Below, one piece after another: positions 13,074 through 26,611 of a stretch of 64,000 nucleotides of DNA; position 1 is the first letter of the stretch, and every line of letters starts with the position of its first letter. Made by a program: the position numbers and the translations under genes. The notes under the pieces were generated by a model. The model made no database searches and was not told the DNA's origin. It worked only from the letters and a program-made list of their open reading frames with translations. This DNA comes from Octopus sinensis (lineage: Eukaryota), in contig NW_021836145.1 of assembly GCF_006345805.1 (NCBI RefSeq), positions 33,772 through 97,771 on the forward strand. The letters are read 5' to 3'.

Positions 13074-13176
13074 ATATATATTTAAAATACAGTGGCAAAT
13101 TCGTTTTAGTACCACTATATTGAATTTCTCTCCCCTGTGGACTCGGAAATAAATTCCCTAATATTAATAATTACAT

Positions 13177-13221
<45 letters not shown>

Positions 13222-14344
13222 CTATATATATATGTATATGAACACACACAAGTACATAAATAAACCAACACCATATGGTGTAGTGTGTGTGTGTGTACAT
13301 ACAATATTTATAAAAATGTGTACATATAAGAAAATCTATATAACAATGATTTGATGGTGAACTAAAACACTGAATTTGTAAAGAAATTAAAAATCGTTAC
13401 CACAGATATTGGTGACTGAAGCAAGCATATCATATTGATTGTCCTGTGTGAATGTAATTATGTGTTTGGTCCTAATATACTCTCTCTCTCTCTCTCTCTC
13501 ACACACACATACACACTGATCTAGTAAACTCTGACACTTTGATATCCTCTAAGCATCAACCGATAAACATATTTTATAGACCTAAGTACGCAATTTTATT
13601 TTATTTTCTTGTGTTAAAATAGTAATTAATAGAATATAATTAAAAAAGTTGCTAACACACCAGTGCAATAGCTAAAATCTAATCAGTAATAGAAGTCTTT
13701 TGGTAGTGGAAGTGGTGAGATGTGTGGGTTGGTGTAAATTTATGTGGTTGTATGGTGGTGAAGGTGATGATGGAGGTCATATGCTGTCATGTTTTAATTT
13801 AATTCTATTTTTGTTTCCTTGACTATCATTATTGGCTTTATTATACATACTCTGCTTTCTGCTTTACTGAATATATATATGTGCAGTATAATAAACTGTT
13901 TGGTTTCGAGTGTTAAGAGTGATATTCAATCATAAAAAATGCTCTATAATTGTTAACATCTGAATCGGAAATCATGTTCCCCTGAAAACAAAATCAAAAT
14001 AGACTTACAAAAATTTGTGTTAAAATGCATGCATTTTAGTTTGAGTGAATATAAAAGTAGGAGTGGAGTCATGGAGAGTACATTTATACTAAAGTAAAAT
14101 TCAATATTTCAAAGACATGGAACATCAACATCTTCGTTTTAACATCCACTTTTCTATGCCAGTATGGATCAGACAGAATTTGTTGAAGCAGATTTTCTAT
14201 CAACTTCCTGTTGCCAGCCCTCATCCATTTCCAAATAAGATAATGTTTTTCCATGGCCAGGAACAGAAGATTGGGAATAAAGGATGAAGTATGATGGTGG
14301 CGATAGTTTACAACAAAGAGACAGTAATACACATATGTGCATAC

Positions 14345-14555
14345 ACACACACACATACTTATAAAATGGGCTTCTTTTAGTTTCCATCTATCAAATTCAT
14401 GTAAAAACTTTTAGTCAGATCAGGGTTGTTACAGAGGACTTATAGTAGAAGAAACTTGTTCAAAGTTCCACACAATCATATTGACCCTGAAACCATGTGG
14501 TTTGAGAAGCAAACTTCTTAACCATACAGCCATGATGTACCTATGCCACAACTAT
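14345..14555 (-). mobile_element. SINE family A, 5' half, degenerate
   Basis: 'gggcttcttttagtttccatctatcaaattcatg...tagtagaagaaacttgttcaaag...accatgtggtttgagaagcaaacttcttaaccatacagcc'. Confidence 0.65.
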
Positions 14556-14819
14556 GCATCCATGCTCAGTACTGATAAGACAGTAAGCAAACATTGCATA
14601 ATGTCACACCTAACATGGAACCTCTGCTTGCTTTCATACCTGATGCTCCTTTATCTCCTACACCACATATGTGTGTGATGTGTATACACCCTGCTCATAT
14701 AAGTTGGTAGCATGCATGATAATATCTACAGTATTTAATGTACAATAATTTTTGCTACATATATTATACATCTATAGAATGCCAATTCTGTAATTTTTAA
14801 TAGGTAGGCAAGACTAGCC

Positions 14820-15420
14820 ACTGTTTAGGTGATTACTATAATATCCAAAGCAATGTCTTGGGTATCCTCAAACCCATTGCCAGCAACTTAAATTCACCAA
14901 GGCATGCCATGCCCAACCATCTTTTGAACACTATTTGGGTAGGGAAGTTCAACAACACATTTCCAATCACAGTTACACTCACATCTCTCTTTTTATATGA
15001 ATATTTACCTGAACTTTCTTTGATCCTGCCTATAGTTTACCACCATTATTCTTACTGTTCTTTTTGTACTTTATGTGGCTTCACTTGTGGAGTTATATAT
15101 GCATGTACAGTGGTGTGTATATAATTGTTGTTGCATATATTTCTTCACACTCTTACATATGTCACCGTAGTTATACATACGCATTTACTGTTAGTTTCTT
15201 TAGGATTGAATTCTACAATACATCACTGATTCCAATGTTAGAGCACTCTTGTCACTTCCTGTACCACCAGCTAAGCAAATAAATCTTTTGTATTTCTCTA
15301 CGCTATGCAGAAGAGCAAGATCCTAAAACATTGGACTTTCTACACCTCACTGCAATCATACTCATTTGGCATTCATTGAACTTTCCCTTTGATGTATTGT
15401 TGTTGATACAGATCTCATCA
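14820..15420 (-). mobile_element. Very old RTE-like RT relic
   Basis: Minus frames read DLALL (cf. YADDLALL), EFNPKET (cf. INxKKT) and VVELPYPNS (cf. VxxFxYLGS) in the expected order. Confidence 0.3.
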
Positions 15421-16319
15421 GATTCCTCAGATTTTGGAATTTACTCAATTGTATTATGCATCTGAGCATTGCACTTAGAGATTTGTGCTTCAATCATCCA
15501 TACGAATCTCTACAGCAATTTATGATAACTCTCAGTTAATGATAGGAGAGGATCAAAGTAAAACAGATGAGAGAGAAAAAAATAAATATAAACTGAAGAA
15601 AATATTAAAAAAAAAAACATGTAAAAAGCTGAATTACTGTGATAAAGTTAAGTGCGTGAGGATATCAGTGGGTGTGGTAGCACACCCATGTGCTTACAGC
15701 CATAGCTTCTGCTTCACACACATATACATACATACACACACATGCATATACATATATACACGCACACACATCTCACCCTTCTTTTTCCAGTAATTTTGTA
15801 GAAAAGAAAACAAATGTAGCATGTTTCATCAAACATGTATTGGAAAATATTTTAAATGATTTTTACTTAATAATAAAGGATATGATGGAAACCTTTGTTG
15901 TAAATGTATGTTTAAAAATATGTGGGCCCACACGACATGTATGTGAGTAATGCAACCTATAGAAACTCTGCAGTTTGATGTGCCTGTTTTATGGTGTGTT
16001 ATGTATTTCTCCTCAAGAGATGACAACTCTAAGGATTCCTCTTTAAATGATATCTACTAGTGCTGATTTGGCTATCTACTCATCTCTTCACCTGTAAATC
16101 TGTGGTCTTGCATCATATGCAGTTAAGACCAAAAATTTATAGGAGAGCCATAAAGTGAGCTGAATCAAAACAAGTGTTATTCATGATTACTTTTGCCAAG
16201 GTTGACCTCACGATTCATTTTTTGGGGTTGTTAAAATAATATATCGGGCCAATGTAATCAACTACCCATACCTCCTAAAATTGCTGGCTTTGTTCCAAAA
16301 TCTGAAACAATTATAACGC

Positions 16320-16530
16320 AGCAAGCAGGTACAATAATTATCATGTTGCACAAAATACTTAGCAACATTTCTTCCAACTTCTTACATTCTCAGTTCAAAT
16401 TCCACCAGGGTCAACTTCGTCTTTCATCTTTTCAAGGTTGATAAAATAACTAACAGTCAAGCACTGGGGTCAATGTAATCGACTAGTCCCTTTCCCCAAA
16501 ATTTCAGGCCTTGTGTCTATAGTAGAAGGA
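16320..16530 (+). mobile_element. SINE family B, degenerate
   Basis: 'ctcagttcaaattccaccagggtcaacttcgtctttcatcttttcaaggttgataaaataac...ctggggtcaatgtaatcgactagtccctttcccc'. Confidence 0.75.
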
Positions 16531-16539
16531 ATTGCTACT

Positions 16540-16630
16540 GCTGCTGCTACTATCACCACTTCCACCACCATTACCACTGCTGCTGCTGCTGCTGCTACTG
16601 CTACTGCTACTACTACTACTACTACTACAG
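16540..16630. repeat. Compound (CTG)n/(CTA)n/(CCA)n microsatellite
   Basis: Directly visible. It sits between two tandem family B SINEs. Confidence 0.9.
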
Positions 16631-16822
16631 GCAGCCAACAAGCTAAATTGTCAACACACCTGACATTTTGCCCAGCTTTACATTCTGAGTTCAGATGTTG
16701 CTGAGACTGCTTCTGCTTTTCATCGGTTTGGGGTAGATGAGAAAAGTACCAGTTGAGTACTAGGGTTAATGTAATCAATAGCCCTCTCCTCATAAAATTT
16801 CAGGCTTTATACCTATAATAAA
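16630..16822 (+). mobile_element. SINE family B, degenerate, second tandem copy
   Basis: 'acattctgagttcagatgttgc...gctttt catcggtttgggg...aagtaccagttgagtactagggttaatgtaatcaat...aaaatttcaggc'. Confidence 0.7.
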
Positions 16823-18297
16823 AATTACTACTACTACTACTGATGGACTCGCTCATTAAAGATGACATATGAGTGTTCAGCTTTTGCCAAACAACCTGCA
16901 CAAATGATTTGTTTATAATAATCAAATGCATGGGCTGTACTCCCTCCATCAAATCAATGTTGCCTGAACAGGAACAAGTTGTACCACACATCAGGCGTCA
17001 AAGTGATCACAGCACAATGCAAGATGAAGTGCTTTCGTCACCACCTGGTCTAGGATTTGAAAGCACAATCTCATGATTGTGAGTGCAACACCTTAACCAC
17101 AAGGCCATGCATCTTCGCTGCTGTAGTAGTAGTAGTAGTAGTAGTACTACTACTACTACTACTACTTTTATTTTCAATTCTGACACTCTACTAAATATCA
17201 AATTATAGGTGTAATTATAACAAATGACACTAGATATTCATAGAAAATATCTAAATATATTAAGAATACTCCAGATGAAATGAAATAATAATTAATAGAA
17301 TTTTTATTGTCAATTTTTTATAAGTAACTTTGCTTCTTAACTGTCTGAGAAAGTAAACCCAATTGTCACCAAATAATATCTATATTGTATTTTCAGGCAT
17401 TCAATTAGGTGCTTTACTAGAGATATCAAATCAATATTTGTATGTCTCCAAAGAATGCATAATGGTAATTATTACAAAAGAAGACAATTAACAATACTCA
17501 GAGTTTGATATATCTTTATGATATTACAAAATGATTTAATTTATTTTTCATTTTATATCTTTATATAGCATGCAAATACCTTATAAAGGAATGTATATTG
17601 CAGTAAACATATTCTAAATTAATCCTGAAATCAATATTTCTAATAGATATTCATGATCAAAATTACTTTATAGCAGATATAATTAACAGCTATACAACAT
17701 ATATAAAACATCACCTTTTTTCTGAAAAAATACCACCCATTTCTGTGATAGCAGATTTTTGAAAGTGGGGAAACATCTAGATGCCAATTAAATTCTTATC
17801 ATTACACAAGAAAAAATTTACAAATATCACCTCGTTTTGAGGAGCTTATAAATAGAAGATTCAGATAATAGGTACAGGGTCATTATTTAGTAAATTTGTC
17901 TCCAAAGATTTATGAAACATGTTCCTGAACATAATTTAAGCACTTAAAATGGGTCAGACACAGCAATGCAGATATTACTGCCTATGTAAATTAAAGCAAT
18001 AAGGAAAATTTTTAGTTTACTCTCATCATATATTTTTTAATTTGTGCATTATGCATGAGTATGTAATTTTTTAATAAATTAATGAAAACTTCATTAGCTG
18101 TCAGTAATTAGAAACACCATTACAACTTTTGCAAGTGTTAATATAAACATGATACAACCAATTATACTTAATATAATTACCTCTCAAAATAAAATTATGG
18201 CAGTACATTGGAGTCCACTATTACATGGTAGAAGATACAGCATATATGAAATCATTAAATACACACAGTGGACTTGCTATCCTTGCTTGTATAGCCA

Positions 18298-19630
18298 AGA
18301 TTTTTTCTTTCTAGTTATGAAGAAAGGGGCTGTACCAAGGCCTGGAAAGTCCATGGCAGACACTATGCACTTCGTTTATATTCCTCTTGGACAGTTGAAA
18401 GTTAGTTCTAGCAGGAAAAACTGTGTAAAGAGAGAATTCTAGAGGAACAACATTCTGGAGAGAAAGATTGAGTGTAGGGGTTAGTGTGAGGCATTGCATA
18501 ATAAAAGGAGGAAATATGAGTGAGTCCAGGAGTACATGAGTGAAAGGGACATGTAAGCAGACAGATGAAAAATGCAGATGCAATTGTAGTAGCAGTAGAA
18601 AAGTTAGAAAATGGAGAGCGAGCGAGAGGGAGAGAGCGAGAGGGAGAGAGAGAGAGAGAGAGAGTGCACATGTCTGTGAGTCAGAGATTAAAGTACACTG
18701 GTGAAGAAGTTTATGCCAATCAGTCAAGTGGGTTTTTTTTAGATGTGGTCTAAGGTACTGTGTGATTATATACATTACTATCTCAGATATAAAGTTAACA
18801 ACTGTTATGCACAGTAATATTTTCTAGTTCTAAAAATGATGGCTATTTTAATGAAGCAGTCTTTGCTATGATGAGGATGTGCACTTGCCAACAAAGAACC
18901 TCAGCAACAGTAAGTCCGAGCATTTGTGGCATACTTGAGGGGTTCAAATTGCTTGTTGTGTGTTTTAAGGAGTGGATGGTAAAGTTTTATTGATTGAGTC
19001 ATTGTACTGTTAAGGAGACAAAATTGTCATTACTCTTTTGGAGGATGAATTCAAGGTTTCTCTACATGACATCAGCATAGATTTAATGTGTGGTGCCAAG
19101 GTTGAATGTGGACAATGTTTGAGTATGGTGGTTTAAAGAGGATTATAAGTTACATTATTTGTGTAGCAGTGGAAATCATTGGAGATGATGTACATGAGGG
19201 AGTGTATGGGAATGAAACTCCATCTAAGTTTGTAAATGAGTGGGACAGAAGAAGAGATCCATCATTAGTGAATACAGTAATGGTATGATCTGACAGGAAG
19301 TCACAAATGCAAGTGAAGAGAGTGCAGATAGGCAGGAAATTTATCCCGGAGCTGTATAAGCCAGAAACAGTCAAGTGCTTTGCTGATGTTGTTTTTATCA
19401 AAATGTTTGATGATGATAGCTCACGGATGATGTAATAAAGAATGTTTCCAGTAGATTTGGTTTTATGAAATCTTTACAAGTAATCCTTAAAAAGCATGAA
19501 ATATTCAATTCTTTAGAGGAAGTTATAGTTAGTGGTTGAGATGTTAAGAGTGAGTGTAATAGGAAGGTAGTTGACAGGATAAAGATGAGTTGTTATTCTT
19601 CTTGGGAATAGGACAAACTATAACATATTT
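18298..19630 (-). mobile_element. 5'-truncated CR1/Jockey-group LINE (RT plus 3' end), decayed
   Basis: Minus frames read, in order, VCPIPKK, ICDFLSDHTITV, YADV, MLGLTVAEVLCWQVHILIIAKTAS, YTQSFSP and VFPARTNFQLSKRNINEV. There is an A-rich 3' end at ~18300, and a (GA)n interrupts the element at ~18615-18665. Confidence 0.75.
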
Positions 19631-20799
19631 CTAAAGATCAGGATATATTTTTGTAGAAAGAAAAACTGAAAAGTTTGGAAAAGGTAAGGCCTAACTCTAT
19701 GGTTATAACCATCATGGCCAATGATAACTGGTGCTGGTTCACAATGTAAAAGATTCATTTCTGTCATCAACTTCTGTTTCTAACAAATCAGGTGTGTAGC
19801 ACATATGCTGCCAGATATAATAGCATAGACATGATTGAAGAGTTACTTAAATATTTTTTTTAAATATTTGAAATGCAGTATTCAGATATGCAAAAGGGAA
19901 TACCTAATTAAACAACCCAATACCAAAATAGCTTTTATTAACAAACAAGAACTGTACAAATTTTCATAATAAAATTTCTTACAATCTATGATATTGCTTG
20001 ATATCTATTTTGTTTTTCAATTTGTTTTAATCAGGAACTTGAAACTGCTCTTTGTTAATACAACTGTAAAAAATTTACTCCTTTCATTTTCCAACATTTC
20101 ATTTTAGCGATGATTTACTCTTCACTTCATGGATTATTTACTGTACTAGAGTAACAACTATTAATGACACAACTACATTTCATTCAACAAGCAGCTGTTA
20201 ACTATTTGAATTCTTTCACAATTATATTTGTTAACATTACTTCAATCCTAACATGAATTAATCACTGTAACAACCTTATAAATATACCAGCCTCATCTCA
20301 GATAAACATCCCACAACTTACTTTGAAGAAAATTACCAACATAAAATTGGAAATAGAACTCTACAATCTCAGATATTTACTAATAAGGCGGTGTACATCT
20401 CATGCGATGAAAAAAAAACAGGAACAAAAGAAATGATGAAATCCAATATTTTTTTTAACGTAAAACTGAATTGAAATGATGTGTAGTGTGGTGTAGTATA
20501 GTGTGTAATATAGTATAGTGTGTTATACAGTGTTATTCCATGTGTGTGTGTGTGGTACTAAAGAAATGACCTGTTCTTTTATATTTTCTATGGCACATAT
20601 TGATTTACTTCACAACCTCACTACATGTAAAGAATATGCAGAAAATAACTACATCTTGGAATTTGCCATTATTGATGTCATTTTTCAGTTCAATATATAT
20701 ATATATATATATATATATGCAAAAAAAAAAAACAACTAAATATGTTATATTTATATGTTTATAGCATCAGTAGTGCATTGTGACATCAACATCAATCAA

Positions 20800-22864
20800 C
20801 TGCACTTCTATATTTGTAGTTAATACATGTTTTTAAAAATCCTCAATGTGAAAATATGGGTGGCTGCAGCATTCAGCAATTTTTGAAGAAATTCGTCCAG
20901 CTTTCATGAAAATCAAGTAAATCTTTTGATATCTGACATGCTCTGATCTCAGTGGAAGCATGCTCAATGCTTTTAACAAAAATCTCTAATACAAGGAATT
21001 TAACAATACCAATTGATTGCGGACATTTTACTGAAGAAATAATGCTTTTATATTTTCGTCCAGCAGTTCACATTTTATCTTAAAAGACATGTAGTTCATA
21101 GATAACAATAATTCTCTGAGTAGTTTCCAATCTAAATAATGTAGTTTACAGATTCTTAAATACAAAGTGACAGGAATCAGAAAATACCATTTTTACTGCT
21201 TCTATGAGGAATGCTTACTTACATCTCATCCAGCATTTCAATTTTTTTATTTAGATATTAACATGCATTTTGTAGCTGAAGTATTCCAATAATGTCACAA
21301 GATTATCATAAGTTTACCACATAATTCGATTTAATCATTTTTTTTTTGTTTTTTAAAAAAGCTTTCTTAGATGTCATGAAAATGGAGTCATAGGATAACT
21401 ATCCAGCAAGAATAAAGACCAAATTCTAACCAACAGTTATCATCATCATCATCGTTTAGCGTCCGTTTTCCATGCTAGCATGGGTTAGACGGTTCTACTG
21501 GGGTCTGTGAAGCCAGAAGGCTTCATCAGGCCCAGTCAAATCTGGCAGTGTTTCTACGGCTGGATGCCCTTCCTAACGCCAACCACTCCGTGAGTGTAGT
21601 GGGTGCTTTTTACGTGCCACCCGCACTGAATATATAATATATGAATATATGAATATATAAAAGTCTAGTTACATAAAGACTTTGTTTTATAATACTAACT
21701 GGTACACTGCCCTTTAAACCTTGTATTACCATTTCAGGTTTGAAATTTTCTCTTCATTTCTTTGATATGGAAATGCAATTCAGACCAGTATATGAAATTC
21801 CCAGGGACATCCAGTTTTGGAACTTTCGCGTTATTATTTTAAGAACTAATATGTCAAAAAAAGGGAATCTAAACCAAGAGTGGACTATTCCTTAATACAT
21901 GTCTTTTTTCACAAAATCTTCAGGATTCTAAATCTCCTATGTAGACTGAACAACACTCACAAACAATTTTGTTTAGATTCTACAAGACCACTGTAGAAGG
22001 AAATCTATGGAGATCTTTCAGTATCAACAAATGTAAAATACTCTGTGTTTCTTCTTAGCCCCAAAAGTTATAGTACTTCCTTTCAAAAATATAAAAGAAA
22101 ACTTAACTTGTCTAGGCAATTTAAAAACAGTGCTGCAGTAAAATTCAAGCCTTTCTATAATGCCATTACTCTTAAAAACAAGTCACAAATATTAGAATTG
22201 AGTAAACGGCTTGTCATGACAAAATGATAGGATTTAGTAGAATGGTCTCCTACAAAAAAACCCATCTTATTAGACTTTTAAGCAAAATTCAACTGAAGAA
22301 AATTGAATTAAAAGGTTTGCTAATTCTTTTGACACCTGATGTACAATGCAAGTGAATCATAAGGCATAGATAGTTTTAACTCGTCAGCTTTCTGCTATGA
22401 CATTCTGAAAGATATTTTCCATGGGAAGTGGAAACTGATATAAGGAAACAAACATTAAAAAAAAATGAAGTATGAGACCTAGGTGGATGCAATAATGCAG
22501 CATTTTATAAAGTGTTGCTCTATATTATTTATACAAATACACATATTGCTACAATCACACATATATGCAAGCAAAGAAAGCTGTGTGGTATTGTGTAAGA
22601 GGTGTATTACATCAAAAAGAGTCTGCAAAATGTAAAATGTTAGAGGATTATTGCCTCGCATGTATGTTTTTTTAAATTCTGAACTATGTAAGAGGTTTAT
22701 CGCCTCATTGTGCTTAAAAAAGAAAAAAAGAACAATGTTTTAGAGAAGCGAAAATCGGCGGGCGCTTTTCGTCTTCTCCCATCCTTATCATCCTTGTATC
22801 ATGATCATTCATCCCATTAATGTCTGTGTCCAGCCCGCAAGCTTCTCTCCGTTTGCTGCCCTTG
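20800..22864 (-). mobile_element. Decayed hAT (SPIN/Buster-like) transposase with possible left terminus
   Basis: Minus-strand remnants in the correct order: KPFT (~22200), CWMRCK (cf. VRWLSRGK, ~21230), LHYLDWKL and SFKIKCELLDENIK (~21060-21150), LDFHES (~20900). There is a CpG-rich end 'caagggcagcaaacgg...gcgggctggac' at 22830-22864 resembling hAT termini. Confidence 0.5.
21440..21626 (-). mobile_element. RTE 3' tail inserted into the hAT relic
   Basis: (CAT)n then 'cgtttagcgtccgttttccatgctagcatggg...ggatgcccttcctaacgccaaccactccgtgagtgtagtgggtgctttttacgtgcc'. Confidence 0.9.
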
Positions 22865-22884
22865 TGGCAAATTTAATAAAAATA

Positions 22885-23220
22885 AAGAAGTTTGTTTCTC
22901 AATCATATTGTTCTGGGTTCAGTGGCACCTTGGGCTAGTGTCTTCTACTATAGCCTTGGGCTCATCAAAGCCCATTGTATATTTATTTATTTATTTATTT
23001 ATTTGTGTCTGTCTGTCTGTGCCTGTTTTATTCCCACTACTGCTTGTCAACTGGTGTTGGTGAGTTTACATCTAACTTAGTAGTTCAGCAAAAGAGACCA
23101 ACAGAATAAGTACTAGACTTCAAAACAAACAAACAAACAAAAAAACAGAAAACAGTTCTGGGGTTGATTTGCTTGACTAAATCCTTCAAATGACAGAAAC
23201 AAGTAAAAAAAATAAAAGAT
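22885..23220 (+). mobile_element. SINE family A, degenerate
   Basis: 'gttctgggttcagtggcaccttgggctagtgtcttctactatagccttggg...gttcagcaaaagagaccaacagaataagtact...aaatgacagaaacaagtaaaa'. Confidence 0.7.
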
Positions 23221-23879
23221 GTGTACATATATTTTTACATATATATATATGTGCACATATACAAATAAAAATATTTACACATCTATGTGTGTGTGTGAAT
23301 AGTTATTAGCAGTAATTCAGAACGACATACACAGATTATAGATTTTAATTTTTATACAGAAGTAAAATTATATTCATGTGGTAAAGAACTCACTATTAGT
23401 ATTTCTTTACATTCACAAAGAACATTACACATATAGCAAAAAGGCAGTAAAGTAAGTTCTCTTCTTGATAGAGAAACTTTTATTAAGTATAATATGAGAA
23501 CACATTCAAATGTAAGTTAACATAAAATGGAGAGAAATAATATATATAAATAAAACCTACATGGTGAGTTAAATAAAAGAAATAAGTCGTGTTTAAGTGG
23601 TGCATTTATTTTTTAAACACTTGACCTACAATTTTCTAAAAATCGCATAAATAAAACATATTATGCAGTACTTTATTTTAAAAAGAAACAGTGCTACATA
23701 GCCAAAAAACTACATAACCATGAGATGGTGTTAATATCATAACTTATATATTTTTAAGGTCATTTTTCATTCCATTTTTACATTTTATCTATCTACTTAT
23801 TAATTTTTTATTCAGTGTTAACATAATATTCTCAGTAACAAGAACATTCTTTAATGATATAGTATAAAAATTAACTGTT

Positions 23880-24250
23880 TCAAGATTTTTCAGCCATGAA
23901 TTTGCAGACACATTTATCAATTGCTCAGAAAGATAACATTGTCAATAAGTTGTTTCTTAAATCATTAACCTCCAATTGAACATAAATTTTTATCTTCAAA
24001 TTTGACAAGAAAATTAGATTCTGCTTTTGTGGTTGATCATATAAACAATTTTTTTCACCAGATAAGTGCAATGTTTTATTTTATAGTAAGGTCCTATACA
24101 CAGGTTTTTTTCTTGAATTTTATGTTTAGTAATATCAGTTTCAGGTTCAAATCTGAACATAAATATTATGAACTCCATTGGTTTGAAAAGAATGATTAGC
24201 AACTTCTGTATTATAGATACATGTAAAATTCTTAATTAGATAATATCAGT
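23880..24250 (+). mobile_element. Possible second hAT transposase relic
   Basis: LDSAFVVDHINNF...ISAMF resembles the hAT motif DLAFLVDITxHLN...IxxM. Confidence 0.3.
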
Positions 24251-25018
24251 AAAGGATGTAAATTTACTGGCGGTGATAAAGATTGTAGTGTTTTTTTTTG
24301 TCAATTCCAGTTAAACATACTTTTTGATCTGTATTAAACTTAATGTTTAGGAACATGCAGATGACTTCCATAGTTAATACCCTATAGTACAAAAGAAGAC
24401 TCTGTCATGACTAATTAAAACTCATTGCATCTAATGAAGTCTGAACTCACGAGGTCACAAATCCCTAGTTTAATATTTTGCTATTTAAATTTTGTGACTA
24501 GGCCATTATGTTACTGTAGCCTTCTTAACTTTAACTTTCTATTTTGTATGAATTTTACCAGATCTGTAATGGAGTTGAGATGGAAATTAAAATGAAAATA
24601 TGAGAATAAAAAGGAGTACTTGATTTGGAACTTAAAGTTCTAAATAGTCATGAATTGTTTGGATAAGAGGTTAAAGTGTTCACATGATCATAAGTATGTA
24701 CACATCACTGTATACTTCAAAAAGCCTGTATGCATGTACAAAGTAGTATATTCAAGTGCCAATGGGTGTTTAATTTATTGAAATATGTTAATGTGTGTGT
24801 GTGTGTGTGTGTGTCTGTGTATAAATATATATATGCAAAAACACACACACACACATATGATTGATTGATTGATTGATTGATTCTAGTTTCAGCTCATGAG
24901 CTGTGGCCATGCTGGGGCACCGCCATTTGGTGTTGCTACTTGGTTGCTATATACATAAAATTAACTTGTTGCTATATACATAAAATTAACATCATCGATG
25001 GCGATATATACATACATA

Positions 25019-25232
25019 TATGAGGGAGTGCTGAAACGTTCCTGGCTTTAAGGGTATCATGGAAGGCCTGGCTGGAGGACTAACTTTCTGATTTCTTTTA
25101 TAGGGCTTAGAGAAACTGAAGGTCCGCTGCAATAAGTGTATGACTGAGAAGGGAATATGTTGAAGAAAATAATTAATTGATCTCCCTGTATTTTCTTTTA
25201 CCCAAAGCAAGAAACTTTTCAGCACCCGCTCA
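25019..25232 (+). mobile_element. Mariner-derived MITE (~210 bp)
   Basis: TIRs: 'tgagggagtgctgaaacgttcctggcttt' versus the reverse complement of 'aaagcaagaaacttttcagcacccgctca', with TA on the left. The internal 'gtccgctgcaataagtgt...gggaatatgttga' resembles the mariner C-terminus (RWxKCxxxxGEYVE). Confidence 0.75.
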
Positions 25233-25280
25233 TGTGTGTACGTGTGTTTACATATATATATATATGTGTGCGTGTGTGCA

Positions 25281-25311
<31 letters not shown>

Positions 25312-25315
<4 letters not shown>

Positions 25316-25568
25316 TCATCATCATTTAACGTCCGCTTTCCATGCTGGCATGGGTTGGATGGTTCAACTGGGGTCTGGGAAGCCAAAAGGCTGCACCAGG
25401 CCCAGTCTGATCTGGCAGTGTTTCTACAGCTGGACGCCCTTCCTAACGCCAACCACTCCGTGAGTGTAGTGGGTGCGTTTTACGTGCCACCGGCACAGGT
25501 GCCAGACGAGGCTGGCAAACAGCCACGATCGGATGGTGCTTTTTACGTGCCACCGGCACGGGGACCAG
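25312..25568 (-). mobile_element. RTE 3' tail, young copy in (TA)n
   Basis: (CAT)n plus the full tail plus one subrepeat, CpG-rich. Confidence 0.9.
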
Positions 25569-26611
25569 ACATATATATATATGTGCTTAAATCTTCACAT
25601 GCGAACACATGAATGTATGATATAAACTGAATCTATTTTGCAAACATATATGTATGCATATAGCAGAACTTGTGAGTGTGAGTGTATGGTGATATTGTAT
25701 GTTCAAGTATGTCACCATCAGATACAGAGTCAATTTCAAAGCACTTATGACAAGTAGAGACTAGCCAGACAACAATACATACCCTAAAACTAAACAAAAA
25801 GAAGTGCTGAGGGGAAGATTGGAAGAAAAGAAAGGAAACAAATGGACATAAATTGATAAAATATACTACAGTAAGTATCAAAAATAAGTGAAAGAGATCA
25901 AAATAAATTTGAGAGAAAAGATGATTATAAAAATAAGAGAGGAGAAATAATACAAAAGAAAAGAATAATATATAGAAGGAGAAAGGGAACACAACAGAAT
26001 AAAAGAGGGTAACATAGGAGAGATAAAAAGTTAGAGAGAGAGGAAGGAGAGAGAAAGTGAGTGAGTGAGAATAAAGATACATTGATAGAGGAAACAACGG
26101 AGGGAAGTTAAGATTATTAACGAAATGTCTGACAAATTTCTCAGTAAAGGAAGAGAAAATAAAATAAATAAATATTAGAAATTATTGTTTTAGAATTTTG
26201 GCACAAGGCCAAACTGTACCAGGCTTTACCTTTCCCTTGGATAACATTGGTGGCATGGAGAGGGGAGGCTGGTATGCATGGGTGACTGCTGGTCTTCTAT
26301 AAAACAACCTAGCCCAGACTTGTGCCTCAGAAGGGAACTTTATAGGTACAATCTTATGGTCATTCATGACCGAAGAGGGGTTTTTACTCCTCTTGTTCAT
26401 AAGTATTTACATGGACAGATAGTATCACAAAGACAAATCTACATTCACATACATACAAACATTTTGTATGTGTGTCTGTTGGGTGTTTGCATGCATGCAC
26501 ATGTCTGTATAATGGGCTTTGTAAACAAGAAAGGAGACTATGTTCATTCATTATTTTAAATCAAAATTGAGATACATCATTATTCCAAGTTTTCAATTTC
26601 ATATAATGCTC

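Noticed and set aside
18315-18909. Plus-strand candidate exons 18315-18400 and 18828-18909
   Set aside because: Both lie inside the minus-strand CR1/Jockey-type LINE.
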